From: Balanoglossus misakiensis
Taxonomy: Eukaryota > Animalia > Hemichordata
Direction of reading: 5' to 3'
DNA: 64,000 nt
Assembly (NCBI GenBank): GCA_040954595.2
Contig: CM082591.2
Span: 10,247,309 to 10,311,308, forward strand
The position numbers were made by a program, and so were the translations under genes. Position 1 is the first letter of the stretch. Every line of letters begins with the position of its first letter. The notes under the pieces are model-generated. The model searched no databases and had not been told where the DNA came from. It was given only the letters and a program-made list of their open reading frames with translations. Shown here piece by piece: positions 34,295 to 46,952 of the stretch.

Positions 34295-36010
34295 TGTCGT
34301 CGTCGTTCATTCAACCGTTGCGGTTGCTTGTGACTGCCATGACCATTTCTCTCCAATCCGCTCTGTTCTGGGCCATGGTTAGCGCTTCGTAGAGTTGCAT
34401 GCCAGTGAGCGATTTGATGTTATCAGTCCACCGCATCGGGGGTCTGCCCCTCCCTCTACTGCCCTCAACCATACCCAATATAGCAATCTTTTCTATGCTG
34501 TCATCTGGTTTTCGTGCGGCGTGTCCGAAGTATGTGAGTTGTGCTCTATGAATGAGATAGAGTAGACTGTTTGGACGGTATACTCTGTCAAGCACGCTTG
34601 CATTGGTTTGCCTTTCGGACCAGTGGATGCTCAGCATACGACGCCACGACCACATTTCAAACGCGTCAATTCTTTTTCGGGAGCGTGTCTTTAAAGTCCA
34701 TGCCTCCGCACCACAGAGGACGATGGAAAATACCAAAGACCGCATCAGTCGGGTTTTCGTGTCTAACCGGATGTCATGGTTCTTCCATATCTTCTGTAGC
34801 TTTCCAACAGCAGACCTGCCCATCGCTAACCGTCGATCAATCTCCTTTTCACAGTCTCCATCAGGTCTAATCATCGAACCGAGAAAGTTAAAGTTGTTCA
34901 CTTCCTCCACTTCTTTGCCGTCGAGAAATATATGGTTGTCGTCTGCGGTGGTTTTCATGATTTTAGTTTTGTCGACATTGAGATATAAACCGCATTTCTC
35001 ACTTTCTACTTTGAGCTTTTGAAGCAATGTGTTCATATCTTGGATGGTTTCGGCGATGAGGGACGAGTCATCAGCGTATCTAAGCTCGTTTATCAACCGC
35101 CCACGAATAGATACACCCATTTCCATGTTCGATAACGCCTTCCTCATGATGTGTTCACCATATAAGTTGAAAAGGTGAGGGGAGAGAATGCACCCCTGTC
35201 TTACTCCCTTTCCAATGCCAAATTCGTCGCTTTCACCACTTTCTGTTCTAACAACTGCACACTGGTTCCGGTAGAGTTCATGTAGGAGATGGATTATGTG
35301 TTCTGGAAAGCCCATATCTCTCATTATACTTAGCAAGAGGCCGTGGTCGACGCAGTCGAAGGCCTTTGCGTAGTCAATAAAGCAAAGGATAAGTTGCCTT
35401 TTGCGTTCCTTCAATTTTTCCATGATTCGTCGGATATTGGATATTTGATCTCTAGTTCCTCTGCCTGTACGAAACCCCGCCTGTGTGGCTGGTAGTTCTT
35501 CATCAAGGCGTTTACGCATGCGTTCTACAATCACATACAGCAAAATCTTACTAGTATGTGAGATCAGAGCGATGGTGCGGTTGTTCTTGCATAGTGTTGC
35601 GTCACCCTTTTTCGGAATAGTTATGAACACAGATTTCAACCAATCATTGGGCCAATGTTTGTGTTTCCATATCGAGTTGCATAAACTACACAACTTGGCT
35701 AGTCCAGTGTCGTCCATCGCTTTTATGAGCTCTGCTGCTATTTTGTCGTCTCCCGGTGACTTTCCGCTTTTCAGTTTCTTTACAGCTGCTTTGATTTCAG
35801 AGAACATGATATCTGGCTCGTCTTGGTAATCTCGAAAAACCGTGTGTTCGTGTTGTATTCTATCATCCTTTGCGTACAAGTTTTCGCAGTATCTTTTCCA
35901 CCTATCCTGTATATCTTTAGATTCCGTGAGTACATGGTCGTCTTCATCTTTGATTACGTTCAAGCGTTGCGAACGCTTATTTGTCAGGGACTTGATTGCT
36001 TGAAACATCG
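34295..36010 (-). mobile_element. 5'-truncated RTE-clade LINE with (GAC)n 3' tail
   Basis: RT ORF ending in the RTE-type C-terminus (GSRGRGRPPMRWTDNI...AQNRADWR), followed by tgaatgaacgacgacgac. Confidence 0.9.
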
Positions 36011-36110
36011 CAAAATACAGCAAATACAGCAGACATAAAGGAGAAGAATAGAGAAGATTGACAGGCAATTTATCATGGAGATTTATGCTGTCAGAGGAGA
36101 ACCTTAACAA
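34311..36110 (-). CDS. RTE non-LTR reverse transcriptase (partial; first ~35 codons probably flank)
   Basis: KSPGDD, IPKKGD, QAGFR, FIDYAKAFD, GVRQGCILSPHLFN, RYADD. Confidence 0.92.
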   Translation of the reverse strand: MLRFSSDSINLHDKLPVNLLYSSPLCLLYLLYFAMFQAIKSLTNKRSQRLNVIKDEDDHVLTESKDIQDRWKRYCENLYAKDDRIQHEHTVFRDYQDEPDIMFSEIKAAVKKLKSGKSPGDDKIAAELIKAMDDTGLAKLCSLCNSIWKHKHWPNDWLKSVFITIPKKGDATLCKNNRTIALISHTSKILLYVIVERMRKRLDEELPATQAGFRTGRGTRDQISNIRRIMEKLKERKRQLILCFIDYAKAFDCVDHGLLLSIMRDMGFPEHIIHLLHELYRNQCAVVRTESGESDEFGIGKGVRQGCILSPHLFNLYGEHIMRKALSNMEMGVSIRGRLINELRYADDSSLIAETIQDMNTLLQKLKVESEKCGLYLNVDKTKIMKTTADDNHIFLDGKEVEEVNNFNFLGSMIRPDGDCEKEIDRRLAMGRSAVGKLQKIWKNHDIRLDTKTRLMRSLVFSIVLCGAEAWTLKTRSRKRIDAFEMWSWRRMLSIHWSERQTNASVLDRVYRPNSLLYLIHRAQLTYFGHAARKPDDSIEKIAILGMVEGSRGRGRPPMRWTDNIKSLTGMQLYEALTMAQNRADWREMVMAVTSNRNG

Positions 36111-36532
36111 TTCGAAAGTGAAGAGTATCTTTAGCCGGTGGGGCTTTTTTGTTATTTTTAACGTTCACCTACTTTGATATACGTGCTGAAATAGGTGACA
36201 TTAACAGCTTCGAGATATACACCTCCAATCGACTCATGAGTATCCGGCGGAGGGGGGTCACTTGCAAACGCAATGATGATGTCCTCTTCTGTGGCAAGAA
36301 CTGAGAGATTTAATAGAGAAGACCGAGATCGGATTGATGCGAGATGATTTCTGCAGTCAGCTTTTCAATATATACCATAGTTATCAATGTCTTGAGACAA
36401 GTTAGTCACACAAATGAGGATAAATCTCGAATGGAAAGTAAAAAGAAGATTGTAACATTTCTCTCTATAAAAGAATTACTTAAATGTCAAGCAAACTCAG
36501 TCTGACATTACATAGATTTAAAAAAGACATAC

Positions 36533-38869
36533 CTTCTATCTCATTGTCCTGACTGTCCGTGAACGACAAACTTACGACATCGTTGGCAAAGAAACCACTT
36601 CTGTCGTCATATTGGAGGCATCTCCTATTCACACTTGTAACCTGTGCATGTTCAGAAGAAAGCCTTTTTAGGCCACTGCTATAATCTGCAGAGCAACCCA
36701 ACCCGTACCCGTGTCTGTGACGCGACACCCAGACTCTGGATCTTGCTGGGCCGTACTTTTGAATTCTCTCGACAAGTCAAGCCATGATTTGTACGTGGAT
36801 GCATCAAACGGGTAGAAGACACTAATACCTTGTGATGTGTACGTGTGTGAAAATTACCCGTACCTGCATGCAGTGATTGCGTATACATGTACGACCACCC
36901 TGTGTGCAATAAGTACAATTAACAGATCAGGAACCTTGTAAGTAAACATGGATAAATGTTTGCATGTCTTGCGATAGGGACCCGCCACACTAATATTGAA
37001 CTTGTTGTATTACAAACACAAGAACAGTCTTGTAGTTCACGAGTAACGAAAGAGTGACTTTAAAAAACTTACTATCATATTAATATGCTCTCCTGGAGTA
37101 AAGTTTGAGAATATTTTCTCTGCTGGTGGAATGACCAGGGCATTACCATCTCCTACTTTTATGTCTGAGTTAGTTACATTCTCAATGGTGTCGACTTCCA
37201 AATACAAATCGATGTTTGTTGTATTCAACACGATTGGACCACTGCCAGGTTTAGAGTTGCGCAAAGCAAATTTTGAGATGACGTCAGTTGCACGAAGCAG
37301 AGCTGTTAACAGTGACTGACTGTCGTAATAACTGTCACTGGATGATGACATCAGGGATGTCGTTGCAGCAATGAGTGAATCAATGAAGTGTACCATTCCT
37401 GCAAGTAGTACATGTATATCAAACATTTTATGAAATCATGGGCATGAATAATATTCTGCTAATTAGTCGCCATTTATACAAGCAGATTTTAAAATCATAC
37501 CCTTTGTTGGAGAAAATATTGTGACAACACTGGTTATCAAATCCCGAGCCACTTCAAAAGCTTTCAATGTTTAAGACTGAGTGCTGGCAAATATGGAGAG
37601 ACAAAATGACATCATTGTCTTATACAGATATTTACGGCATCGAATTTGATGAACCCATCTACAGGTCATCGTCGTAAAACCACAGGTGCATTTAACATAG
37701 TACACTTTGATATCAAAATGCTGGCAGAAGAACTACATAGGCCAAATTTTTCCATATCTGATTCTGCAGTGGATACTAGTATGACCTCGGAAAAGAGCAA
37801 GAGATAGGTATATTGCAAACGGTGGATCACACATTTCAATTCATTATTATGGCTTAAATTATATGACACTATATGATTGGAAGCATTCAACTTTACATAT
37901 AAAGAATCGCAAATCATTAAACAGTAGCAAGTGTCCGAATTTCTGTAGAAGCAAACCTTTCTTTCATGCACTGGGACGGGGCCTTAATCGCAAAAGGCAA
38001 ACTGTTGCAAGGTTAGCTGCAAAGATGAAGACTTTCTAATAAATTCAACGTCACTTTCCTTCAGCCATATCTTGCCGTTCTGCTGCAGACACATTCAAGT
38101 TGAAACCCCGAAGTCCAGAAGTCGTGTCTGACAAGTTGTTCAAAATCTCTATTATCTGTAGGAGTATAATAGAGTAAAACATAAATGAACAGTCGAAAAT
38201 ATGATTCCACAGTTGATGCCTATTCAATTGAAATAGATCCTTGTCGAGCTGTACACTACACTACACTGCTCCGCATTGTTAAGTTATACAACAGGGTAAT
38301 TGGCAGTCGACCTGAACGTCACTGGAACATATTGTAACATTACTTAATTAGGCCTTATGTATGTACAAATTGGTAGCGTTGGTTTGTTAGCACTGGCCTG
38401 TACAGTCACACCACGCAAATTCTGTGGCGGATTTACTCAGGCTCGCCGCAGCAGGAACTGGGTCAGAATATAACGGGAGCAACGCTCGTTCTTCTGATAA
38501 CAACAGATCTATGGTATAGACATGATCTACATATTCTAGGTGTCTTTAGTCCACCAGGCAGATTGATGTGCTTTTAATACATACCCAAAGGCGTCAGACG
38601 TTTGAGTTTAGTATGTCTGAGTTATTTTGGTTTGATCGTGTTTTTTAATGCTCGGCAGTTTATTTATAATTCTCGTTAGAATATAAATGCTCAAAATAAT
38701 CTCCTTATGTACGTCGTGGCCAATAATGAACTCAAACTCACACATGGTACTCCATTATGTGCAAGGCTTCGCCTCGCACATTAATGTCGCATGGTATAAT
38801 TGTCGTAGATTATCAATTATTTACTTACATTTAAAGGTCTTGCATTGACAACTAAAGGTCTTACAACAC
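36533..38869 (-). pseudogene. Disabled C-terminal exons (GAIN-like, adhesion-GPCR/PKD1-like) of the SRCR-HYR gene: 38869-38829, 38155-~37957 (stop 38051-38053), ~37788-37502, 37398-37073, 36641-36533
   Basis: Canonical splice sites. Peptides LLRATDVISKFALRN..PGSGPIVLNTTNIDL and DVVSLSFTDSQDNEIE resemble GAIN-region sequence. Two exons carry stops/frameshifts, and no GPS or TM exons were found. Confidence 0.55.
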
Positions 38870-39200
38870 CTGCATTGATGTACCGTAGGGTAGTCAACAT
38901 GTACAATAAATGAAATATAATAGATCAAAATAAGAATCTCATTTAGCCCCAACACAATGTGAAACAAACTGTATAACAGAAGGGCCTTCAAAAGAACATG
39001 TACAGAGTGAAGAAAAGTTTACATATTTTACTTCTGGTCTGCAAAATAAAACTAGACTTTGAGAAACAAATCGTTTGTTCGATAAATTTCCTACTTAAAA
39101 TTAAAGATATTGTTTGTCTGGGGGGATAATAAAATCAAAATAAGACCCCTGAGGGGGCAACCGTACTAACTATAAAGACGAAAAAATGTTGACACTTTAC

Positions 39201-42200
39201 CTTTGACTGTAACAGAAAATGAACAAGAAGCGGAATTTCCGTAAGGATCCTTAGCTGTCAATGATACAAAAGTAACACCGATGGTAAAGTTGCTTCCTGG
39301 TTCATGGCTGCCAGACACAGTCACATTTCGGGAATTGTCGCTCGCATTCGGAAATGGCCATGTCACTGGGAGTGTATGATTGTCCAAGTATGTCATTGTT
39401 TCAATGTCTGATGGACATGGAATGACAGGGTTTTCAGTGTCTGCGAAATGTTGAGAGGAACGATAGAAGTAAGATTGGTTGTTCATGAAAGTGCTGTATA
39501 TTCAATACCTTTAGTAATTCGACGACAGTACAACTACAATATCTGGTGATATTGCCTTTGCCATAATGTTATTGGTTACACAAACACACACCGAATATAT
39601 GTGCAAAGTGGTAGAAATCGCTTGACCAATTGATGTGATAATACAAATGTGCACGTCCACTTAGTAAAACTTCCATAATATATCTTTGTCTCAGAATTTA
39701 CCAAACTCATCCACAAACGCGGCAACAATCTGTGTATTCTAGAATGACAGTAAACTTGGATTCCCTTTTCTGTGTAAGTCGGAACTGAAGCTTATTTTAT
39801 ATGAATAACAAGATAAACGAAAAAACGACGTCACCTGTAACTGTAACAGAAAATGAACAAGAAGCGGAATTTCCGTAAGGATCCTCAGCTGTGTATGATA
39901 CAAGAGTAACACCGATGGTAAAGTTGCTTCCTGGTTCCTGGCTGCCAGACACAGTCACATGTCCGGAATCGTCGCTACAAACCGGAAGAGGCCATACCAC
40001 TGGCATTGTAGGAATGCCAATGTATGTCGGTGTTTCAATGTCTGATGGACATGTGATGACAGGGTTTTCAGTATCTGCAAAATGTTGAGAGGGACGATAG
40101 AAGTAAGATTATTTGTTCACGAAGAACTGTATGTTCAATACCTTCAGTAATTCTTTTACATGTAACGTTGCATGTCCTGTCGAGTGCAAATTTGAAGCCC
40201 AGCTGAACTTACAGTGACTTGTTAATACAAGGCATAGTTCAAGTAGCTTGGCGTTCAGGCTCAATCAATATGAACATATGTCATTACTTTATGTTAATCA
40301 AATATGTCTCATTACGAATGACAATTGATGCTACTATAATTGTTCCCAATTTTAATTCCACTGTCAGCGACGCGGGGCTTATCAGATCGGGATGATTGTC
40401 TGTCGTCGTACGGGGTCAACCGTCTGTCAACTTTTGTCTTCATCTCTGAAATCACTGGTCGGATGATGACAGTGAAATTCGGTATGCAGATCTTTCGGGT
40501 GACCAGAGTTTTCTTTTATTCAAATTGTGGTGAAATTTGCATTTTTGTACTTTTGGGCTATTTCCGTTTGTTGATTCCCTTGAAAGTTGATATGTAGGTC
40601 TCTGGTGTGATCTATATCAGATTTTTTTTTTCAAATTGTGACGATTTTTTCATTGCGATATTTCTACAGCATTCGCAAATTTGCCTTTTAGATCTGCTGT
40701 CAAGTTTAGTTGTTCGAGTCTCAAGAGAAATGCTCAATTTAAGTATGAAGCAGTTGCCCCGATTATATATGCATTAGTATTACAGAGGAGCTGTATCGGC
40801 CTCTAGGTCGCTTGTGTTAATTATAATGTATGTAATATTTCCAACTGTTGTTCGCTTTCGTCAAATTTAAATGCTGTCAACTTCTCGTAAATATTCATAC
40901 GTGTCTATCTTGTTATTTCTATTGTGTATTTTATTACAAATTCTACAGTTAACGAATTTTAAAATTCATTAAAGGTCGATGTGTTGTTGATTTAAATATC
41001 CTGAGAACAGTGACATGTTTTATATTCAAGTTTCTGGATTTTTTTTTGCATTGGCTGCGGCCTGTCACTTGTCAGACCTACCATCACTTCCACTAGCTAT
41101 TGTATTTATTAAACGCATAATCTTAAGGGTCGTGACAGTCCTTTTTGCATTATCGATGAAACCGCAACGAGAGTTTTCCGCACGCCGTAAGGTTGATCGG
41201 GGGTTTATCTGTTACTGTGTCAGACATGTCTCTCTATCGACAAACGTGACTGTCGAGTCATCCTAATTGAGAGGACCGTTTGTTGTGTTTTGTGCATATT
41301 GTTATTCTTTCCGATTTTTCAGACAATTCTGGGCATTTCCGAACATGTTCTGTAAACCAAATTCAGAGCAAGACAATTTCAGCACGTTCGCAACTTCCGG
41401 GGTGATCGCCCACGTATATACTATAGCTCTCGATAGGAAATGCTGCGTGGGGACAGTAACATAATGTAGCTCTTTTTCTTTTAATTCCGATTCAGTTGAC
41501 ATAGCATATTATAACTGCAAAATAATCACCTACACCTCACCTGCAATGGGACAACATGAAATTGCACTTGCAGGATACACTTCACAAGCTTCTTTTACGT
41601 GTCCTGTAACAACAAGTGTTCAGAATTGATATGTGGGTCAATTGTAATTTCTTACGGGATTAAACCCTGCCTGGGTGAGTCGAACAGGAAACCATGATAG
41701 ATACACAGAATAAAAATGCTGACAAATAATCCTGACAGCCATTTTAACTCAACGTCAAAGTATCCCAGGGGTTGCCAATTTCTTGCAAGATATGCGTTCA
41801 ATTCTTTAAAAAAAAACGAATAATATGAGCACTCGACTCAGGGAAAGAATGCTCGTATTTTAACGTCATCTGATGTGTTTTAGCGTATCCCACATGACAA
41901 AAACACAATACTTGTACTGTACACAACATTTTATGCTTTTGAAATGTTACTTTAAGTGTACGTATGAAACAAAATAATTGCGATAATACCCATAAAATGT
42001 ATTATGTTCTTGAGAAATCAAGGTCAAATATCTCATTCCATGGCAAGTTATGTAGACAAACACAAAAACTGCCTAGCATCAATCAACCAGCGAAGTACAC
42101 AGACCACCTTGCCCAAAGCATATATAGGGTACAAAAACTTTTCATTCCATGTATATATATTTCGAAACAAGAATAAAAAATAATTACGCGCATAAATCGG

Positions 42201-45200
42201 AAATTTTTTTTTATCCAAGTTCCCAGATTTACATGAAGTGTTATTACACCTCACGTATTATACCGTTTTCGTGATTGGCTGAGACGCGCTCACGTGATAT
42301 AGAAAAAAAAGTGATATAACATGGCTAGAGTTGATAAAGCCCTGTCGCGTGCGCTGATATTGCCCGCTGGGTTGTTTTGGTGTTCTGCGCGCGACTTCTG
42401 CGCGTTCCAAACTGTCGTTCAATGGCTTCCTTCACGATCAGTCAACTCCCGCATCTATATGGCTTCAAAGCGACACACAGGCTTAACACCTGTTCAACTG
42501 GATGATATTTTACTGCAAACGGGCAGTAAATACACCAAAATCGCAACCAACAGCGCAGTATTTTCAAAATAATCTAAGTTCGAAGTAGGTATCGTATAAT
42601 TCTTGGGAGATCGAGACATTTTACATTCTCAGCAATGTACGACATATGGACGCGCGTCTACGTTCTTCTATGCTGCAGTGTATGTACGTTCAAATGTTCG
42701 GCGTAATAAAATTAATAACACATTATGCTCGGGCAACATCACGATTTGAAGCCCTCGCTATCATGTGTTATTATTTAATTAAAGCATATGACGGGATGTC
42801 TGGAGTCCCTCTGTAAAACAAAGACTGTGCTAGAAATAATTATAGGATAATATCTTGAGCTTTTATTCTCAAGTATAGTCAGAAAAATGAAAGATTTATT
42901 GCCTATTATGACAGAACTTCATGACCTCGCCAAGGCGTTTGTGTAGTACTCAAATTATTTTCATGAGTGATACGGTGTATCCTGCTTCCGTATTTTCGCG
43001 AGCACCACGAGCGAAAATACAGCAGGATACACCGTATAACGAGTGAAAATAACTTGAGTACTACACAACCGCCCTGGCGAGGTCATGAAGTTCTGTTATT
43101 ATTACATATGTTCCCTCCAAACTTTAACACGTTCGTAAAATTGTTCGGGATGTAGTTGGCGTGTGGATATTACCAATTCGCCGCTCAGCTAATCAGGAAC
43201 CGTCACTTACTCACGCTCACATCCACTCACAAATGACGCTTCAGTAAAATGTTTTCAAGTGAAACAATTCGTATTTTATATCATTAAAACCAGAATTCGT
43301 ATATAAAGTAACAAGAACGATAAATAGAACGTCAACATTTGGAAAGTCGTGTAAAATTTATCTTTGAATCGTTCAATCCGAGTCGGAATCGGAGTACATC
43401 ACAGCTGGTCGGCGACGTTTAGCTGGTGGCGATGCGGCGTTAAACACCGGCGAAGACTGCTGTTGTGACAGAGAACTGTTTCCGGCGATATTAAAGGTAA
43501 AAGTGAACGATCCACCGCTTATTTGTGTGTTGGAGAACATTCTTGGTAATTGTGGCAATTGGTGAAATATGGGAACTGGACCTCGAATAGCCATCGCATG
43601 CGAAGGGTCGGCATTGGGGGGTTGCATCTTTTCAGCTGGTATAAGGCTTGTTGTGCTTGCTACGGTCGGACGTGGATCAAATGTATTCTGAGTCCCTGTG
43701 AGTATGTTGCTCATTTGACACTGCTGGTCGGCACTGGCTACGGAATAACGGTTAAGAGATGATGGATATTTGTGACCGCTTAGTTGTGCTGTTACAGCAG
43801 TCGCTGCACGCAGGTTTTACGGGCGCTGTGGTTACTTAATTTGTCCGACAGTCCGGCGGCCTTGGCCATTGACTTCATTGCGGTGTTTAATTTGATCACA
43901 CCAATTGGTTGGTTTCGGAACCACACTCCCTTATCTAGGTTGGTTTTTGCGTACTCGATGCCGAGGTAGAATGGCGAATCATCGAATTTCATGGCATGGG
44001 GACGTTGCGAAGCGAATGCTTTATATACAACGACAGGGCAGGTGTCTGGTGTTGACGGGGTAGCGTAGGCCTTGGGCGAAAATTGACGTGTGTTACCTGG
44101 CTCGCCCTTTCTCGTCTACGTCAGCCGTTCGTTGTACAGCAGATACTCTCCTCTTTCATCTTTGGATAAGTGGACATGTCCCCATTTCATCTGACGGTGC
44201 TCATTACTTCCCGGAGTCCGAAAAGCTTGGTAATATTCAGCCATACGATGTTGGGGACTGCGGTTGGAGAGTTCGTACCTAGCTGGCCATCTTCCCTCAT
44301 CGCTCGTTCGTGGGCGTCCGTCACAGCCTGTTTTTTTTTTTTTTTTTTTTTTTTTGGGGGGGGGGGGGCAAGTTGCCCTTTCCAGTAGCTTTCAGATGCT
44401 TTCGTTTTGCAGCGAGAGCTTCCCCACTCTTTCTAAACTGGTCACCTCTAACAATACTGATCCCGTAGCCGTTGAAAAAAACGGGCCTGCAGTTGATTGA
44501 AATCAGTAAATGGGAGTTTGATTAGAGGGCGAGTTTCTTCTGCTATTGATTGAAGCCATTCTCGGAAAACTGCTACTTCACGTCTTGTTTTCATTTAAGT
44601 GTTTTGATTTTTCTGTGCTGCAACTAGGGCGTCGACGTCAGCGGTGTCGACAAACCTTCCTTCGCACGCGGTTCCTGGCGCTACGGTCAGCGAGACGTCC
44701 GTCGCCGTATCCTTGGGAATTTCAGCTTGTTTCCACAGGGTCGTCATAATAAAATTCACTTTCCATATGATCAAAATATTTGCAATTTTGTCAGTCTCAA
44801 TGCCTGTCCTCCATCGTGTTTAGGTTCATGAACTTAATGTAGCAGACGACAATTCGTATCATAACATAGAATTAGTCCGGCCCCTTGTTTACTCATTTGC
44901 ATAAAATGCCATGAAACACCGTAACAAATATTTCATGGCCACCTGACTAATTTGCATAATTAATTCATGGCTTCTGATAACCGAATTGACACTATGTAAG
45001 TTTTGACCTGTTATCACGAGGTTTGTTGTAAATATTTGATAGTGTTGAGAGAAAACCTACGCAAGAGTAAAATGCAATTTGTTTGTCAATAATTTATTCA
45101 AAAAATGGTCTGAAATATTGAATTTTAAAAGGAACTACTTTTTTCATTCTCACAGTAATGAGGGGCAATACAAAGGTTATGTAGTAGTAAACCACAGAAT

Positions 45201-46899
45201 AATCTGCAGTACATATGTAATAAGTAATATTATGTGGCAAACATAATTAGCACAACGTGTGCGCCTCCATACAATGTAGGTGTCGACACAAACTGCAACA
45301 ACCTACAAGACAATACCGTAAGACATAGAGACAAAACCGTAACGTTTCATTTCACTAAACAGAAATGAACACATGAAAGCACACAATATGTTACCTTCCG
45401 AATAGACAAGAGACATTGCACGATCTCGCATGAGTCGACGCATGGTACTGCAGGTAGATACTATGGGAGGACATTTTCATTTGATACAGGACACGGTACA
45501 CATGGACAACAGCTTAAAACGGCAAAAAAGTTCAAATTTTCTTTAAACTCTGCACCTTATTATAATTACATACACAACTTAACGCGTATTACCTAACAAC
45601 CCATTGCAACGGTATTTAACCGAATTCATTGGTCAAATAAAATATAGGGGTCACCGCGCTCTATTTTGAGATAAATTGCGTCAAAAATTTTGCCCATAGA
45701 CAAACCATTGGTGAAAAATGCTGAGTCATCAGTTTTCTTCTATTATCGGCTAAATTCATGGCTCTGTATTTCAAAAACAAGCGCGGTGACCCCTATATTT
45801 TATTACGGATTTTCATTATACATACAAAGGAGAATCCAAAAATCCACAATTAAAAAAAATGACAATACTTTCAATTTTACTGAACGTACATCCTTAAGTC
45901 AGTTCGTTTATACAATAAATTTGATTATATTATATCATGCTACCGTCCGCGATTCTGATTGGACGAGAGCTGAATCCAGCCATGGTAAAATACCATGGCT
46001 TTACCATGGCTAGCAGTGGTAGAACGGCCCCCTGAACTAGCATACGGCAGCAAAATGTGCAGTTAAACCACAGTCGCGCGTGTTTAAACCAAATAAATAT
46101 AACAAAAATAACGTTGAATTAACGGACGTTTTATTTTGGAACTGCTCAGTGGATATATTTGTCGCTTTGCCACGCGCGATGCCCGTCTTGTCACTTTTTG
46201 TCGTCTGCTTCATGTTTAATGCTCGATCCCGGCCGCTCGTGTTTACATTCGTCGTCGCCATGTTGGTTCACGATCGTAATTTCTCTTTCTGACACCGTTT
46301 CGGTAAGAAAATGACACTGATATGCCACAAAAACAGTTGTTGATATAATATAATAGCAATAACCCCCGCCTCAGTCGGGTATACACTCGATTTGGGTACA
46401 ATTCGCTCCATATAGCACTCGCCTGACGGCTCGTGCTATATGTCTCGAATTGTACCCAAATATCGTGTATACCCGCCTGCGACGGGGGTTATTGCTTAAC
46501 TTTATTACAGTCGCAAAGAGATTTTATGCACGGCAGCAGAAGCACAATTTTACACATGTGAAGGGTCTGTCCGTCTACCCAGCAATTTTGTGTGTGTTTT
46601 CCTCATGCGCTAAAACGTTTACTTTACATCACTTACCTGAACAAGAAACGCTGACATCCCGATTGTGCTCACAATTGTTGGTTCTCCACCCAGGATGGGG
46701 GCAGTAATGGAGAGCCGTTTCGTTTCCATGACACTTCAGGTCATCTAGTGCTATGTAACCAGCTCCTTCTCCAAACAGCGCTTCCCTATAGAATAGCCCA
46801 AACCTTCCACTGAAATGGATAAAGGCTTCAACGCTTAGAAAATAAAATAATTATTACAACAATGGTATGTATGTATGTATGTATGTATGTATGTATGTA

Positions 46900-46952
<53 letters not shown>

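Noticed and set aside
45395-45447. 53-nt Cys-containing candidate exon of the SRCR gene
   Set aside because: It has good splice sites but would shift the frame. It may be a damaged 54-nt exon, so it was left out of the model.
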